Shown here in pieces: positions 35,674 through 47,350 of a stretch of DNA of 64,000 nucleotides. The stretch covers positions 76,443 to 140,442 of the forward strand of contig CAJWLM010000004.1 of the NCBI GenBank assembly GCA_913043025.1, given 5' to 3'. Each line of letters begins with the position of its first letter. Position 1 is the stretch's first letter. Under the pieces are notes generated by a model. It was not told the DNA's origin. It worked only from the letters and a program-made list of their open reading frames with translations, and did no database searches. Source of the stretch: an uncultured Rhodospirillaceae bacterium (GTDB lineage Bacteria > Pseudomonadota > Alphaproteobacteria > UBA8366). A program made the position numbers and the translations under genes.

Positions 35674-36750
35674 ATGGCAGGTCATAAAGAAACAACATCT
35701 TTCAGCATAGCGAATATTCCAGGCGATGGTATCGGAAAAGAGGTCTTGCCAGAGGGGCTTAGGGTTTTGGATAAAGTGGCCAGCAGGTTTGGCCTCCACT
35801 TTAAGACTAGCGATTTTCCATGGAGTTGCCAAACATACTTAAATGATGGAAGGATGATGCCTGAGGATGGCATCGATCAATTAAGGTCTCATGACGCCAT
35901 ATTTTTGGGTGCTGTGGGGTATCCCGGGGTGCCCGATCACGTATCGCTTTGGGGCCTTCTGATTCCGATACGTCGTCATTTCGACCAGTACGTGAACCTG
36001 CGTCCAGTTAGGCTTCTGCCCGGGATCGAGGCCCCAGTAAAAGGTTATAAGCCTGGTGACATTGATATGTACGTTGTTCGAGAGAACGTTGAGGGCGAAT
36101 ATTCAGAAATGGGGGGACGAATATTTGAGGGCACGGACCGTGAGACGGTTGTTCAAGAGACAGTTTTTACACGTCAGGGTGTAGATCGCATTCAACGGTT
36201 TGCTTTTGAGCTTGCTTTAAAGAGAAGGAAAAAGCTCACATCAGCAACAAAATCTAACGGTATTATTTACACCATGCCGTACTGGGATGAGCGGTTTGCT
36301 GAAAATGCAAAGGATTATAGAGAAGTTGAGACCGATCAATATCATATTGATATCCTGACCGCACATTTCGTTGGGCGCCCGCATACCTTTGACGTTGTGG
36401 TCGGATCAAACTTGTTTGGTGATATTTTGTCTGACTTGGGTCCTGGTGTGACCGGAACAATTGGGGTCGCGCCGTCGGCTAACATCAACCCTGAGGGTGA
36501 ACACCCTTCGATGTTTGAGCCCGTGCATGGATCTGCGCCGGATATTGCCGGAGAGGGTATTGCTAATCCAATTGGCCAAATCTGGTCTGCGGCCATGATG
36601 TTAAATCATTTGGGGCAGCATAACGCCGGCGCCGCAATCATAGAGGCTATCGAAAACGTATTAGCCGACCCAAAAGCGCCTAAAACCCCTGATATGGGAG
36701 GTAAAGCTAAGACTGAAGAGCTGGGCAAAGCGATTGCTGACGCAATTTAA
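35674..36750 (+). CDS. Tartrate dehydrogenase/decarboxylase-like isopropylmalate-dehydrogenase-family enzyme
   Basis: 358 aa. IPGDGIGKEV, LGAVGYPGVPDHVSLWGLLIPIRR, VRENVEGEYS, NLFGDILSDL. The N-terminal pattern resembles TtuC/D-malate dehydrogenases more than LeuB. Confidence 0.8.
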   Translation: MAGHKETTSFSIANIPGDGIGKEVLPEGLRVLDKVASRFGLHFKTSDFPWSCQTYLNDGRMMPEDGIDQLRSHDAIFLGAVGYPGVPDHVSLWGLLIPIRRHFDQYVNLRPVRLLPGIEAPVKGYKPGDIDMYVVRENVEGEYSEMGGRIFEGTDRETVVQETVFTRQGVDRIQRFAFELALKRRKKLTSATKSNGIIYTMPYWDERFAENAKDYREVETDQYHIDILTAHFVGRPHTFDVVVGSNLFGDILSDLGPGVTGTIGVAPSANINPEGEHPSMFEPVHGSAPDIAGEGIANPIGQIWSAAMMLNHLGQHNAGAAIIEAIENVLADPKAPKTPDMGGKAKTEELGKAIADAI

Positions 36751-36851
36751 GCCATTACGTTTTTCAAAAAATTATTGAGCAACAACATCTATTCCGCTCA
36801 AATGCAAAAGGTATGTTCTCGTCCTTTAACTTTACGGCTGAACTTACATAC

Positions 36852-38678
<1,827 letters not shown>

Positions 38679-38749
38679 TCAGTCCTCCAACCAAAATTCC
38701 AATCGACACAGGAAACGCAACGGAAATGAGGAAGTTGTTTCGGAGCTAA

Positions 38750-38850
38750 ACTGCGAAAGCGCTCCTTTCCTCCGCCGGCATAACCCGGATCAGGTTCTCA
38801 GGGTCACCGCATCAGCGATATCTCAGCCTCTTAAAAAAGGCACCCCTAGG
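38750..38850 (-). promoter_or_regulatory. TPP (THI-box) riboswitch in the thiC leader
   Basis: The minus strand reads cuAGGGGUGCC...GGCUGAGAuaucgcugaugcggugACCCUGAGAACCUGAUCCGGGUUAUGCCGGCGGAGGAAAGG. It contains the conserved GGGGUGC, CUGAGA and ACCUGAUCnGGnUnAUGCCnGCG blocks of the TPP aptamer, 75-175 nt upstream of the thiC ATG. Confidence 0.9.
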
Positions 38851-39127
38851 ATAATTCTATATTGATACTTTCCACACAGTTCGTCAATCATTGCTAATGC
38901 CAAATGTTGGAGTTTATGACAGAACCTTGATGCATGCGCTCGTTTTGTCACCCTTACGACGTAAAATAATAATTTGTGTTTTGCAGAGGAACGCCATGAC
39001 CTGCGGCAAAGGGGCGCAGGCAACCAAGAAATATTGCGTAGCAACATCTATCCGGTTGACGCGATGACCGGGGGTTCATAAGGTCATAGAGGTTGGTATA
39101 AGCTAACTAGTTCTTTTGGAGTCATTA

Positions 39128-40279
39128 ATGAATAAGCCGCAAAGTAAGCCGAAGAACCCCAATTTCTCCTCCGGTCCTTGTGCGAAGCCTCCAGGCTGGT
39201 CACTCGAAGGGCTAGATGATGCCGCTTTGGGGCGTTCGCACCGGGCTGCCGTAGGCTTAGAAAAGCTGCGTAATGTGATAGACACAAGTAAAGAGTTATT
39301 GGGTATTCCTGACGATTATCGGTTAGCTATAGTGCCTGGGTCAGACACTGGTGCGATTGAAATGGCCATGTGGTCGCTTCTAGGTCAACGCGGCGTTGAT
39401 GTATTGGCATGGGAAAACTTTGGCCAAATGTGGGTCGTTGATATCATTAAACATCTCAGTATTGAGGATAGCAGAGTTATGGATGCTCCTTATGGCGAGA
39501 TAACCGACCTATCTTCGGTGGATTGCAATCGAGATGTAATTTTTACGTGGAATGGAACTACAAGTGGAGTTTGCGTGCCTAATGGAGACTGGATCGATCC
39601 CAATCGTGATGGGCTTACATTTTGTGATGCTACCTCCGCGGTATTTGCGATGGAATTGCCTTGGAATAAGCTTGATGTCGTTACTTGGTCTTGGCAAAAG
39701 GTGCTAGGTGGTGAGGCTGCACACGGAATGCTGGCTTTGAGCCCTCGTGCTGTCCAACGTTTGGAGTCCCAAACTCCGTCTTGGCCAATGCCGAAGGTTT
39801 TCCGGATGACTTCCAAAGGTAAAGTTGATGAGGCATTATTTCGAGGAGCTACAATTAACACGCCTTCAATGTTATGTGTGGAGGACGCGATATTTGCGCT
39901 TGAGTGGGCTCGATCAGTTGGCGGTCTAAAAGGATTAGTATCTCGATCTGCTGCGAATCTGAATGCTGTGGCTGAATGGGTTGAAAAAACTACCTGGGTG
40001 GAATTTCTTCCAAAAAACCCTGCTACACGATCTTGTACATCAATTTGTGTTGAAATTGCTGAAGCAAGTGGCCTGGACACCGAGGCATTGAAAAATGCAC
40101 CGAAGTATATTTCTTCATTGCTGGAAAATGAGGGTGTGGCCTATGACCTTAACAATCACAGAGCTGCGCCTCCAAGTTTGCGCATTTGGGGCGGAGCAAC
40201 TGTTGAGACTGCGGATATAAAAGCATTGCTTCCGTGGCTAGACTGGGCGTTTACTCAATACACAAACCAGACAAATTAA
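39128..40279 (+). CDS. serC: Phosphoserine aminotransferase
   Basis: Track start is TTG 39116. ATG 39128 has GGAG 6 nt upstream. MNKPQSKPKNPNFSSGPCAKPPGW is the opening of the ~385-aa SerC type found in alphaproteobacteria. It lies next to serA. Confidence 0.9.
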   Translation: MNKPQSKPKNPNFSSGPCAKPPGWSLEGLDDAALGRSHRAAVGLEKLRNVIDTSKELLGIPDDYRLAIVPGSDTGAIEMAMWSLLGQRGVDVLAWENFGQMWVVDIIKHLSIEDSRVMDAPYGEITDLSSVDCNRDVIFTWNGTTSGVCVPNGDWIDPNRDGLTFCDATSAVFAMELPWNKLDVVTWSWQKVLGGEAAHGMLALSPRAVQRLESQTPSWPMPKVFRMTSKGKVDEALFRGATINTPSMLCVEDAIFALEWARSVGGLKGLVSRSAANLNAVAEWVEKTTWVEFLPKNPATRSCTSICVEIAEASGLDTEALKNAPKYISSLLENEGVAYDLNNHRAAPPSLRIWGGATVETADIKALLPWLDWAFTQYTNQTN

Positions 40280-40310
40280 TTTTGGAACAGCAGATATAGG
40301 ACGTAAAACC

Positions 40311-41888
40311 ATGGCAAAAGTTCTGATTTCGGACAAACTAAGCCAAGATGCGGCCAAAGTGTTTGAGAACCGCGGTATCGAAGTGGATTTCAAGCCAGGG
40401 CTGAGCAAGGACAATTTGTTAGACATCATTGGACAGTATGACGGACTGGCCGTTCGCTCTGCGACAAAGGTGACCGCAGAGGTGTTGGATGCTGCGGAAA
40501 AACTAAAGTTAGTCGGAAGAGCAGGAATCGGCGTAGACAATATCGATTTGGATGCAGCGTCAAAAAAAGGCGTTATTGTTATGAATACGCCGTTTGGAAA
40601 CACCACAACAACGGCAGAACATGCCATTGCTATGTTAATGGCTCTTGCGCGACAAATTCCTGCAGCGAACTCATCGACGCAAGATGGGAAATGGGAAAAA
40701 AATAAGTTTATGGGTGTCGAGATTACGGGAAAGACGTTAGGTGTGGTTGGCTGCGGCAATATCGGAACAATTGTAGTGGACCGCGCAAAGGGACTCAAAA
40801 TGAGGGTTGTTGTTTATGATCCTTTTCTTTCTGAAGAGCGTGCGAGTGAAATGGGTGCGGAGAAAGTAGAATTGGAAACGCTTTTTGCCCGTGCTGATTT
40901 TATAACAGTGCATACCCCGCTGGTGGAGGCAACGCGTAATCTTATTAATAAAAGCGCAATAGAAAAAATGCGTGATGGAGTGCGGATCATTAATTGTGCA
41001 AGGGGCGGAATAGTTGATGAGGGTGATCTTCGCGAAGCGCTCGACAATGGTAAAGTAGCTGGAGCCGCATTTGATGTGTTCGTCAATGAGCCGGCGGATA
41101 GCAATCCTTTGTTTGGGCATGAGGAATTTGTCGCGACGCCGCATCTTGGCGCTGCAACAACTGAGGCACAGGAAATTGTCTCAGTGCAGGTTGCAGAGCA
41201 AATGGCCGACTACTTATTAACGGGGACTGTGCAAAATGCGATTAATGCGCCCTCAGTCTCTGCGGAAGATGCTCCTCGCTTACAACCCTACATGACACTA
41301 GCTGAGGAGCTTGGTAGCTTTGCCGGCCAGTTGACCGAAACCGGGCTAACGGCAGTCACTATTGAGTTTTATGGGACTGTTACACAGCTAAACACCAAGC
41401 CTTTAGTTAGTTGTGCTCTGCATGGGCTGCTAAAACCTCTCCTCGAAAATGTGAACATGGTAAGTGCACCAATCATAGCAAGGGACAGGGGCATTGACGT
41501 CGGGGTTGTTAGTCACGAAAATCCTGATGAATATGAGAATTTGATTCGCGTAATAGTAAAGACTGAGCGCCGTGAACGAAGTGTGTCAGGCACTCTGTTT
41601 GGTGGTAATAGAGGGCGCGTTGTCGCAATAAATGAAACACCAATTGAGGCTGAACTTGGGCCACATATGTTGTATATTGCAAACGATGATCGGCCAGGAG
41701 TAATTGGAGCTATTGGCGACGCTTTAGGTAAAGCGAATGTTAATATTGCTACTTTTCACCTAGGCCGTGTTAAAGCAGGGGAGGAAGCAATTGCTCTGAT
41801 ACAAATTGATGACGCCGCTGGTTTTGAGACGCTTGACTCGATTAGAGCACTCCCGAATGTGACACAGGTCAAACCGCTTAAATTCTGA
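40311..41888 (+). CDS. serA: D-3-phosphoglycerate dehydrogenase (long form with ASB and ACT domains)
   Basis: 525 aa. GVVGCGNIGTIV (NAD fold), ARGGIVDE, ATPHLGA. C-terminal ACT-like PHMLYIANDDRPGVIGAIGDALG. Confidence 0.95.
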   Translation: MAKVLISDKLSQDAAKVFENRGIEVDFKPGLSKDNLLDIIGQYDGLAVRSATKVTAEVLDAAEKLKLVGRAGIGVDNIDLDAASKKGVIVMNTPFGNTTTTAEHAIAMLMALARQIPAANSSTQDGKWEKNKFMGVEITGKTLGVVGCGNIGTIVVDRAKGLKMRVVVYDPFLSEERASEMGAEKVELETLFARADFITVHTPLVEATRNLINKSAIEKMRDGVRIINCARGGIVDEGDLREALDNGKVAGAAFDVFVNEPADSNPLFGHEEFVATPHLGAATTEAQEIVSVQVAEQMADYLLTGTVQNAINAPSVSAEDAPRLQPYMTLAEELGSFAGQLTETGLTAVTIEFYGTVTQLNTKPLVSCALHGLLKPLLENVNMVSAPIIARDRGIDVGVVSHENPDEYENLIRVIVKTERRERSVSGTLFGGNRGRVVAINETPIEAELGPHMLYIANDDRPGVIGAIGDALGKANVNIATFHLGRVKAGEEAIALIQIDDAAGFETLDSIRALPNVTQVKPLKF

Positions 41889-42288
41889 TATGTTCACTAA
41901 AAAGGCACTAGTGTTGATTACCCTTTTGTTCTTGAGGAATTTGAGTGGACTGAATTAATATTTTGAAGACAATTGTTATCCGAAGAATTAGTTAATTGCT
42001 AAGACATAGAGCTTAATTTTTTCTTTTAGAAAGGCCTTCCTAGTAATATTCTAGAATGCTGCCAGGATTATGGGACCAGTTTGATGGAAGTCCGCTTTGT
42101 TAACGCCATCTTAAACTCCAAGGCATATTTATTGATAAGAATATCAAAGTATGGAATGCATTTGGGTAATGCCTAATTGGAGTGCAACAAAACGATAGAG
42201 CACGAGCTTTCATAAAACTATAATGTTGGCTACACCGCTTATCATTAATATTGTTTAGTGAGAGACGAGCAATAGAAATGGAGGGACT

Positions 42289-43581
42289 ATGAGTAATGTG
42301 GTCGTTGTTGGCGCTCAATGGGGTGATGAGGGAAAGGGCAAAATTGTCGACTGGCTCAGTGAACGGGCAGATGTAATTGTTCGTTTTCAAGGAGGGCACA
42401 ATGCTGGCCATACCCTCGTCATTAATGGAACTGAATATAAGTTAAGCCTATTGCCGTCAGGAGTGGTGCGGCCCGGCAAGCTTTCAGTTATTGGTAACGG
42501 CGTGGTTGTTGATCCGCGTGCTCTAATAGATGAAATACAGCGGCTGCGCTCAGCGGGTGTTGATGTTTCTCCGGAGAAATTAAAAATAGCAGACAATGCG
42601 GTATTGATTCTGCCACTGCACCAGGAACTGGATGTAGCAAGAGAAAAGGCCAGCGGGAAATCAGCTATTGGTACAACTGGCCGTGGCATAGGGCCTGCCT
42701 ATGAGGACAAGGCCGCACGGCGGGCTATTCGCGTTTGTGATTTAAAAGATCCTGATATATTGGAGTTCAAAGCAAAAGAATTATTGAGACATCACAATCC
42801 TTTGCGGCGCAGTTTCGGCATAGCGTCTTTAGACGCATCAATGATACTCAATACACTTGCGGGAATAAAAGACGAGCTCCTTAGTTATGCAGCTCCGGTC
42901 TGGTTGGAGTTAGATAATGCACGAAACGGGGGCAAGCGGATCTTGTTTGAAGGAGCTCAAGGCGTCATGCTCGATGTTGATCATGGGACTTACCCTTTTG
43001 TTACTTCATCAAATACCCTTGCAGGGCAAGCAGCAACAGGCGCGGGTATCGGTATTGGAGCTTTAGATTACGTCTTAGGAATTACGAAAGCTTATACAAC
43101 AAGGGTTGGCAGTGGCCCATTTCCAACGGAATTGAGCGATGAAATAGGGCAGCGTATTGGGCAAAAAGGGCGCGAATTTGGTACAGTTACGGGTCGCCAA
43201 CGGCGGTGTGGCTGGTTTGATGCGGTTATGGTCCGTCAAGCAATCAAAACGGCTGGTATTAATGGTATTGCACTCACTAAGCTTGATGTTCTCGACGGGC
43301 TCAATAGTCTTAATATCTGCACTTCTTATGACTTAGATGGCGAAAGTGTCGACTACTTGCCTGCTTCGATGCGGGGTCAATCTTCAGTCTTGCCGTGTTA
43401 TGAGACGTTAGAAGGCTGGCAAGAGAGCACAGAAGGAGCGAGATCATGGGATGAGCTGCCTGCTGCAGCTATAGAATATATACGGCGGATCGAAGAACTC
43501 ATTGAAGCACCAGTTTCATTACTTTCAACTAGTCCGGAGCGGGACGACACCATTACCGTTATCGATCCGTTTGGTACATGA
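42289..43581 (+). CDS. purA: Adenylosuccinate synthetase
   Basis: 430 aa with [47 protein letters not shown]. Confidence 0.97.
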   Translation: MSNVVVVGAQWGDEGKGKIVDWLSERADVIVRFQGGHNAGHTLVINGTEYKLSLLPSGVVRPGKLSVIGNGVVVDPRALIDEIQRLRSAGVDVSPEKLKIADNAVLILPLHQELDVAREKASGKSAIGTTGRGIGPAYEDKAARRAIRVCDLKDPDILEFKAKELLRHHNPLRRSFGIASLDASMILNTLAGIKDELLSYAAPVWLELDNARNGGKRILFEGAQGVMLDVDHGTYPFVTSSNTLAGQAATGAGIGIGALDYVLGITKAYTTRVGSGPFPTELSDEIGQRIGQKGREFGTVTGRQRRCGWFDAVMVRQAIKTAGINGIALTKLDVLDGLNSLNICTSYDLDGESVDYLPASMRGQSSVLPCYETLEGWQESTEGARSWDELPAAAIEYIRRIEELIEAPVSLLSTSPERDDTITVIDPFGT

Positions 43582-43754
43582 AAATTTCCGATCAGTGACT
43601 TTTTGTGCAGGAAATGGGTGATGGAAACTCATAAATGTGATTAGATAAGGAGCCCAGGGCATAATTGCCGTTTTGACTGATTTGAGATTGCATTTGCTGC
43701 GGGCACAGGAATGCGTATCCGACGAAACTGTGATTACTAGGTATCGGAGCCCTT

Positions 43755-45782
43755 ATGGCTGATGAAAACGGGCAACCGGGCGAACAACTTGGCGGCACTG
43801 TAAGTACTCAGGATTGGTTTGATGTTTTTTCAGATCAGCCGTTAAAGGAATTTGACTCTCCGCCGGCACTAGCTTATGTCGCGGCAGATGTTAACAATGC
43901 TGGCCGAGAATTATTGGCTTTGGTGTGCGATCCCAAGCAGCCCCCACGCCATGAACAGGTGTCGACGATGCACCGCATTGATCAACCCGGGTTGGTCCGA
44001 GTTGTGGATTGGAAGGTATTAGATTGGCCCCTAGAAGGTCGTCGATGCCCAGTTTTAATCTACGAACGCCCCCGTGGGAAAAGGGTAATTGATAGCATAG
44101 ATAGCCCAATTCAGATTGCTTCTGAGGAAATAATCACACAGAACTTTATAAAACCAGTAACAGCGGCGCTTCGCGATATTGATCACCAGAACCTGACGCA
44201 TCGTGCGGTTAGGCCAACCAATCTTTTTTACGACAGTGTTTCCACAGCCCAGGCGACAATTATGTTGGGTGAGTGCCTTTCGGCTCCACCAGCAATAAAT
44301 CAGCCAGCAGCTTATGAGACGGTAGAAACCTCCATGGCTCCTACAAACGGGCGTGGCCTTGGATTGATATCGGATGATCTTTACTCTTTTGGCGTTTGCA
44401 TATTGGCACTTTTGATCGGGCAAAGCCCCGGAATTGGGATGAGTGACGATGAGATTCTTTCTGCAAAATTAGAACGTGGAAGCTATAACGCACTCATATC
44501 TGGCCACCGCCTATCCCTGACTATGTTGGAGATTGTGCGGGGACTCCTTATGGACGATGTTGATGAGCGCTGGACATTAGATGATATAGACCTTTGGCTG
44601 GCCGGGCGCAGATTAAGTCCTAAACAACAAGAAATGTCGAGAGCAACGCAGGCGTTTTCCTTCGGAGGTAAAAATATTTTGACCCGACGCAATGTTGCGC
44701 GCGTATTTGGAGAAAATTGGGACTCTGCTGTTGAGCCAGTGCGTGGTGGTTTGCTCGATGAATGGCTAAGGCGAAGTTTGGGGAATGAGGAAGCAATCGA
44801 GGCTGTCAATACGGCTAAAGAACCCATAGTAGGCGGCATTGAGACTGATGACCGCATGTTAGCCCGTATTATCATTGCTCTAGATCCGCTGGGGCCAATT
44901 CGATTTAAAAATTTTTCTGCTACGCTTGATGGAATTGGTTATCTGATCGCCGCTCCGGGGGGTGACAAAGATCTTCACAAAAATTTTTCGGAAGTTCTTA
45001 AAGCTGATCTAATATCTTTTGCCTATAAGATGATGGGAAAAGCAGGAGATGATATAACTCGCTTCATTTCGTTATATGACCAAATGATCCCATTTCTAGC
45101 TCATTCAGAACTTGGTCAGGGGTTCGAAAGGGTAATATACGAGCTCAACCCCAACGTGCCTTGCCAATCACCGCTTCTTGAATCAGAGTATGTTTACGAT
45201 ATGATTGAGATGCTTGATGCATTCGAGCGTATAGCTATTGCCAATCCGGACACGCTTATAGAGCCGGTTGATTCGCATATTGCCGCATTTATAGTTGCTC
45301 GCATGAAGGGTGGCATTATGACTGAATTGCGTGAGCTTCAAAACCGTTCAGACCCTGCTATCCTAGCTATTGCTAACGTTCGTATCCTGGGACACGTGCA
45401 GGAGCAAGCGGGCTCGGCGGCGGCACCTAACCTGTGTAAGATAGCGGTAAAAATACTTGACCCGGCTGTCGAACGGTTTCGCAGTCGACGTCAGAGAGAG
45501 CAAGTTAGAAAACGATTGTCAGAAATTTCTAAAGATGGACGTTTAGCGGATATCTTGCGACTTGTTGATAATTCAAAATATCTTGAAAGTGATAGATCAG
45601 ATAACGACAAAGCAGTTAAAGAATTTGCTAATTCTATTCAAGCTATGCAAAGGATGGAATTTGAAAAAACTCATCGACCAGAATTGGCAAAAGTAATTGG
45701 AGCTGAGATAAGTGCCTTCTTCTCATTAATTCTGTCGATGATTGTCCTGATAAGTATGGGAGTGTATTGGATACTTGGGTAA
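43755..45782 (+). CDS. Tail-anchored protein with a degenerate protein-kinase-like (pseudokinase) N-terminal domain
   Basis: 675 aa. LTHRAVRPTNLFY (compare HRDLKPxN), SDDLYSFGVCILALLIG (compare DxWSxG) and ERWTLDDI, but no GxGxxG loop, no VAIK Lys, HRD replaced by HRA, and DFG replaced by LGE. C-terminal TM helix ISAFFSLILSMIVLISMGVYWIL. Confidence 0.6.
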   Translation: MADENGQPGEQLGGTVSTQDWFDVFSDQPLKEFDSPPALAYVAADVNNAGRELLALVCDPKQPPRHEQVSTMHRIDQPGLVRVVDWKVLDWPLEGRRCPVLIYERPRGKRVIDSIDSPIQIASEEIITQNFIKPVTAALRDIDHQNLTHRAVRPTNLFYDSVSTAQATIMLGECLSAPPAINQPAAYETVETSMAPTNGRGLGLISDDLYSFGVCILALLIGQSPGIGMSDDEILSAKLERGSYNALISGHRLSLTMLEIVRGLLMDDVDERWTLDDIDLWLAGRRLSPKQQEMSRATQAFSFGGKNILTRRNVARVFGENWDSAVEPVRGGLLDEWLRRSLGNEEAIEAVNTAKEPIVGGIETDDRMLARIIIALDPLGPIRFKNFSATLDGIGYLIAAPGGDKDLHKNFSEVLKADLISFAYKMMGKAGDDITRFISLYDQMIPFLAHSELGQGFERVIYELNPNVPCQSPLLESEYVYDMIEMLDAFERIAIANPDTLIEPVDSHIAAFIVARMKGGIMTELRELQNRSDPAILAIANVRILGHVQEQAGSAAAPNLCKIAVKILDPAVERFRSRRQREQVRKRLSEISKDGRLADILRLVDNSKYLESDRSDNDKAVKEFANSIQAMQRMEFEKTHRPELAKVIGAEISAFFSLILSMIVLISMGVYWILG

Positions 45783-45788
45783 GGGTTA

Positions 45789-46349
45789 ATGGCAGATAAC
45801 AATAAAAAATCAAATTCCATTAAAGCAGGCTCAATGAAAGCCTGGATATACACCTTAGTTGCTGCGGCTTTAATCTTTTTTGTCTTCTTAGATGTTTTTA
45901 TCTTAGTCGTTATAGGTATGGCGCCTACGATGGGAGCATTAGTAATAGACCGATCATCGCGGCGTTATTTTACGATGACCGTTGCTTTTCCCAACGGGGT
46001 TGGGGTTTTACCTAGTGCAATTAAATTATTTAGTGGAGGTAGCGGGGGGGTTGATGCAGCTCTCGAATTGGTTAGTGATCCAATTGTCTTAGTTACAATG
46101 TATGCTGCTGGTGCTGTTGGCTGGGTAATTTATTACAGCGTGCCACCCTTTGTTGCTGTTTGGTTATCTATGCAAAGTGAGGTTAGAGCAGCAGCAATAA
46201 AGAAAAGACAAAAGGCATTAATAAAAAACTGGGGAAACGAAGTGCGCATCGAAGCAGAAAAACTACTACCTGACGATGTCAATGTATCCAAACTTTTAGG
46301 TGAAACAGTTGATGAAGAAGATACCGACTCTACCGGTGAAAAAATGTAA
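45789..46349 (+). CDS. Hypothetical polytopic membrane protein (3-4 TM) with an acidic C-terminal tail
   Basis: 186 aa. Starts 6 nt after the upstream stop, with an AAGGG SD. Hydrophobic segments are WIYTLVAAALIFFVFLDVFILVVIGMAP, FTMTVAFPNGVGVLPSAI and VTMYAAGAVGWVIYYSVPPFVAVWL. Confidence 0.5.
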   Translation: MADNNKKSNSIKAGSMKAWIYTLVAAALIFFVFLDVFILVVIGMAPTMGALVIDRSSRRYFTMTVAFPNGVGVLPSAIKLFSGGSGGVDAALELVSDPIVLVTMYAAGAVGWVIYYSVPPFVAVWLSMQSEVRAAAIKKRQKALIKNWGNEVRIEAEKLLPDDVNVSKLLGETVDEEDTDSTGEKM

Positions 46350-47246
46350 CTATTGTTGTGTGCTAAAGTTTGTATCCGCAGCTTGGGACTGAATAGATTT
46401 CTGAAGCTTTTCGAAGGCACGCACTTCTATTTGGCGAACTCGTTCTCGACTAATGCCAAATTCATGGCTCAATTCTTCCAAAGTCATGGAATCATCTTCC
46501 AAACGGCGCATCTGTATTATACGTTTTTCTCGCTCGTTCAGGATAGCCATGGCATTCGACAACATCTCGCGCCGTTTCTGCAATTCTTGAGCCTCGGCAA
46601 CCCTTATTTCTTGGCTTTCGGTTTCATCCTCTAACCAATCTTGCCATTCACCATCGCCCGATGCTTTTAGCGGCGCATTAAGAGAGTGGTCCTGTGCAGC
46701 AAGACGCCTGTTCATCGATACCACGTCATGCTCGGGAACGTTTAACTCCGTCGATATATGCTCAACATGCTCAGGTGACAAGTCACCCTCTTCAAAGGCC
46801 TCTAATTTACTTTTCATTTTACGAAGGTTGAAGAATAACTTCTTCTGCGCTGCAGTAGTTCCCATCTTAACAAGAGACCAGGAATGTAAAACATACTCTT
46901 GAATAGACGCCTTAATCCACCACATGGCATAAGTAGCGAGACGGAATCCTCTATCTGGCTCAAACCTTTTCACAGCTTGCATCAAGCCAACATTACCCTC
47001 AGAGATTAGGTCGCTCACAGGCAGACCAGACCCCCGGTAACCCATAGCAATTTTCGCAACAAGTCTTAAATGACTGGTCACTAACTTGTGAGCTGCTTCA
47101 GTATCTTCATGTTCACGCCATCTTTTTGCCAGCATATACTCTTCTTGCTTCTCCAGCATTGGAAACTGGCGAATTTGTTGCAAGTACCGCTGCAGATTAC
47201 CCTCTGGACTAATACTCAAGGATGGTAAAGTTGTTCCGGCCACCAA
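46350..47246 (-). CDS. rpoH: RNA polymerase sigma-32 (heat-shock sigma factor)
   Basis: 298 aa. GTG start with AGGAG upstream. RpoH box AQKKLFFNLRKMK. Regions 2 and 4 are readable (LISEGNVGLMQAVKRFEP, ISRERVRQIEVRA). Confidence 0.95.
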   Translation of the reverse strand: MVAGTTLPSLSISPEGNLQRYLQQIRQFPMLEKQEEYMLAKRWREHEDTEAAHKLVTSHLRLVAKIAMGYRGSGLPVSDLISEGNVGLMQAVKRFEPDRGFRLATYAMWWIKASIQEYVLHSWSLVKMGTTAAQKKLFFNLRKMKSKLEAFEEGDLSPEHVEHISTELNVPEHDVVSMNRRLAAQDHSLNAPLKASGDGEWQDWLEDETESQEIRVAEAQELQKRREMLSNAMAILNEREKRIIQMRRLEDDSMTLEELSHEFGISRERVRQIEVRAFEKLQKSIQSQAADTNFSTQQ

Positions 47247-47350
47247 TGCTCACTCCTAAAACACACGAAATCATCGCATTATAGCCCTTTATATATGCGA
47301 TTTTTTTTACTTTTTTCAATAATACTACTGAAATATATTTTTGAGTACCC

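Noticed and set aside
39490-40080. 196-aa minus-strand ORF inside serC
   Set aside because: It lies antisense to a confidently identified gene and has no motif.
40238-40798. 186-aa minus-strand ORF overlapping the serC end and the serA start
   Set aside because: It lies antisense to the strongly supported serA and has a Ser/Pro/Ala/Thr-rich low-complexity translation. This is the typical shadow ORF of a moderately GC-rich gene.
41890-41958. 22-codon hydrophobic mini-ORF (MFTKKALVLITLLFLRNLSGLN) starting 1 nt after the serA stop, in the 400-bp serA-purA gap
   Set aside because: It is too short to support from sequence alone and has no SD. It is noted only in case Ribo-seq data exist.
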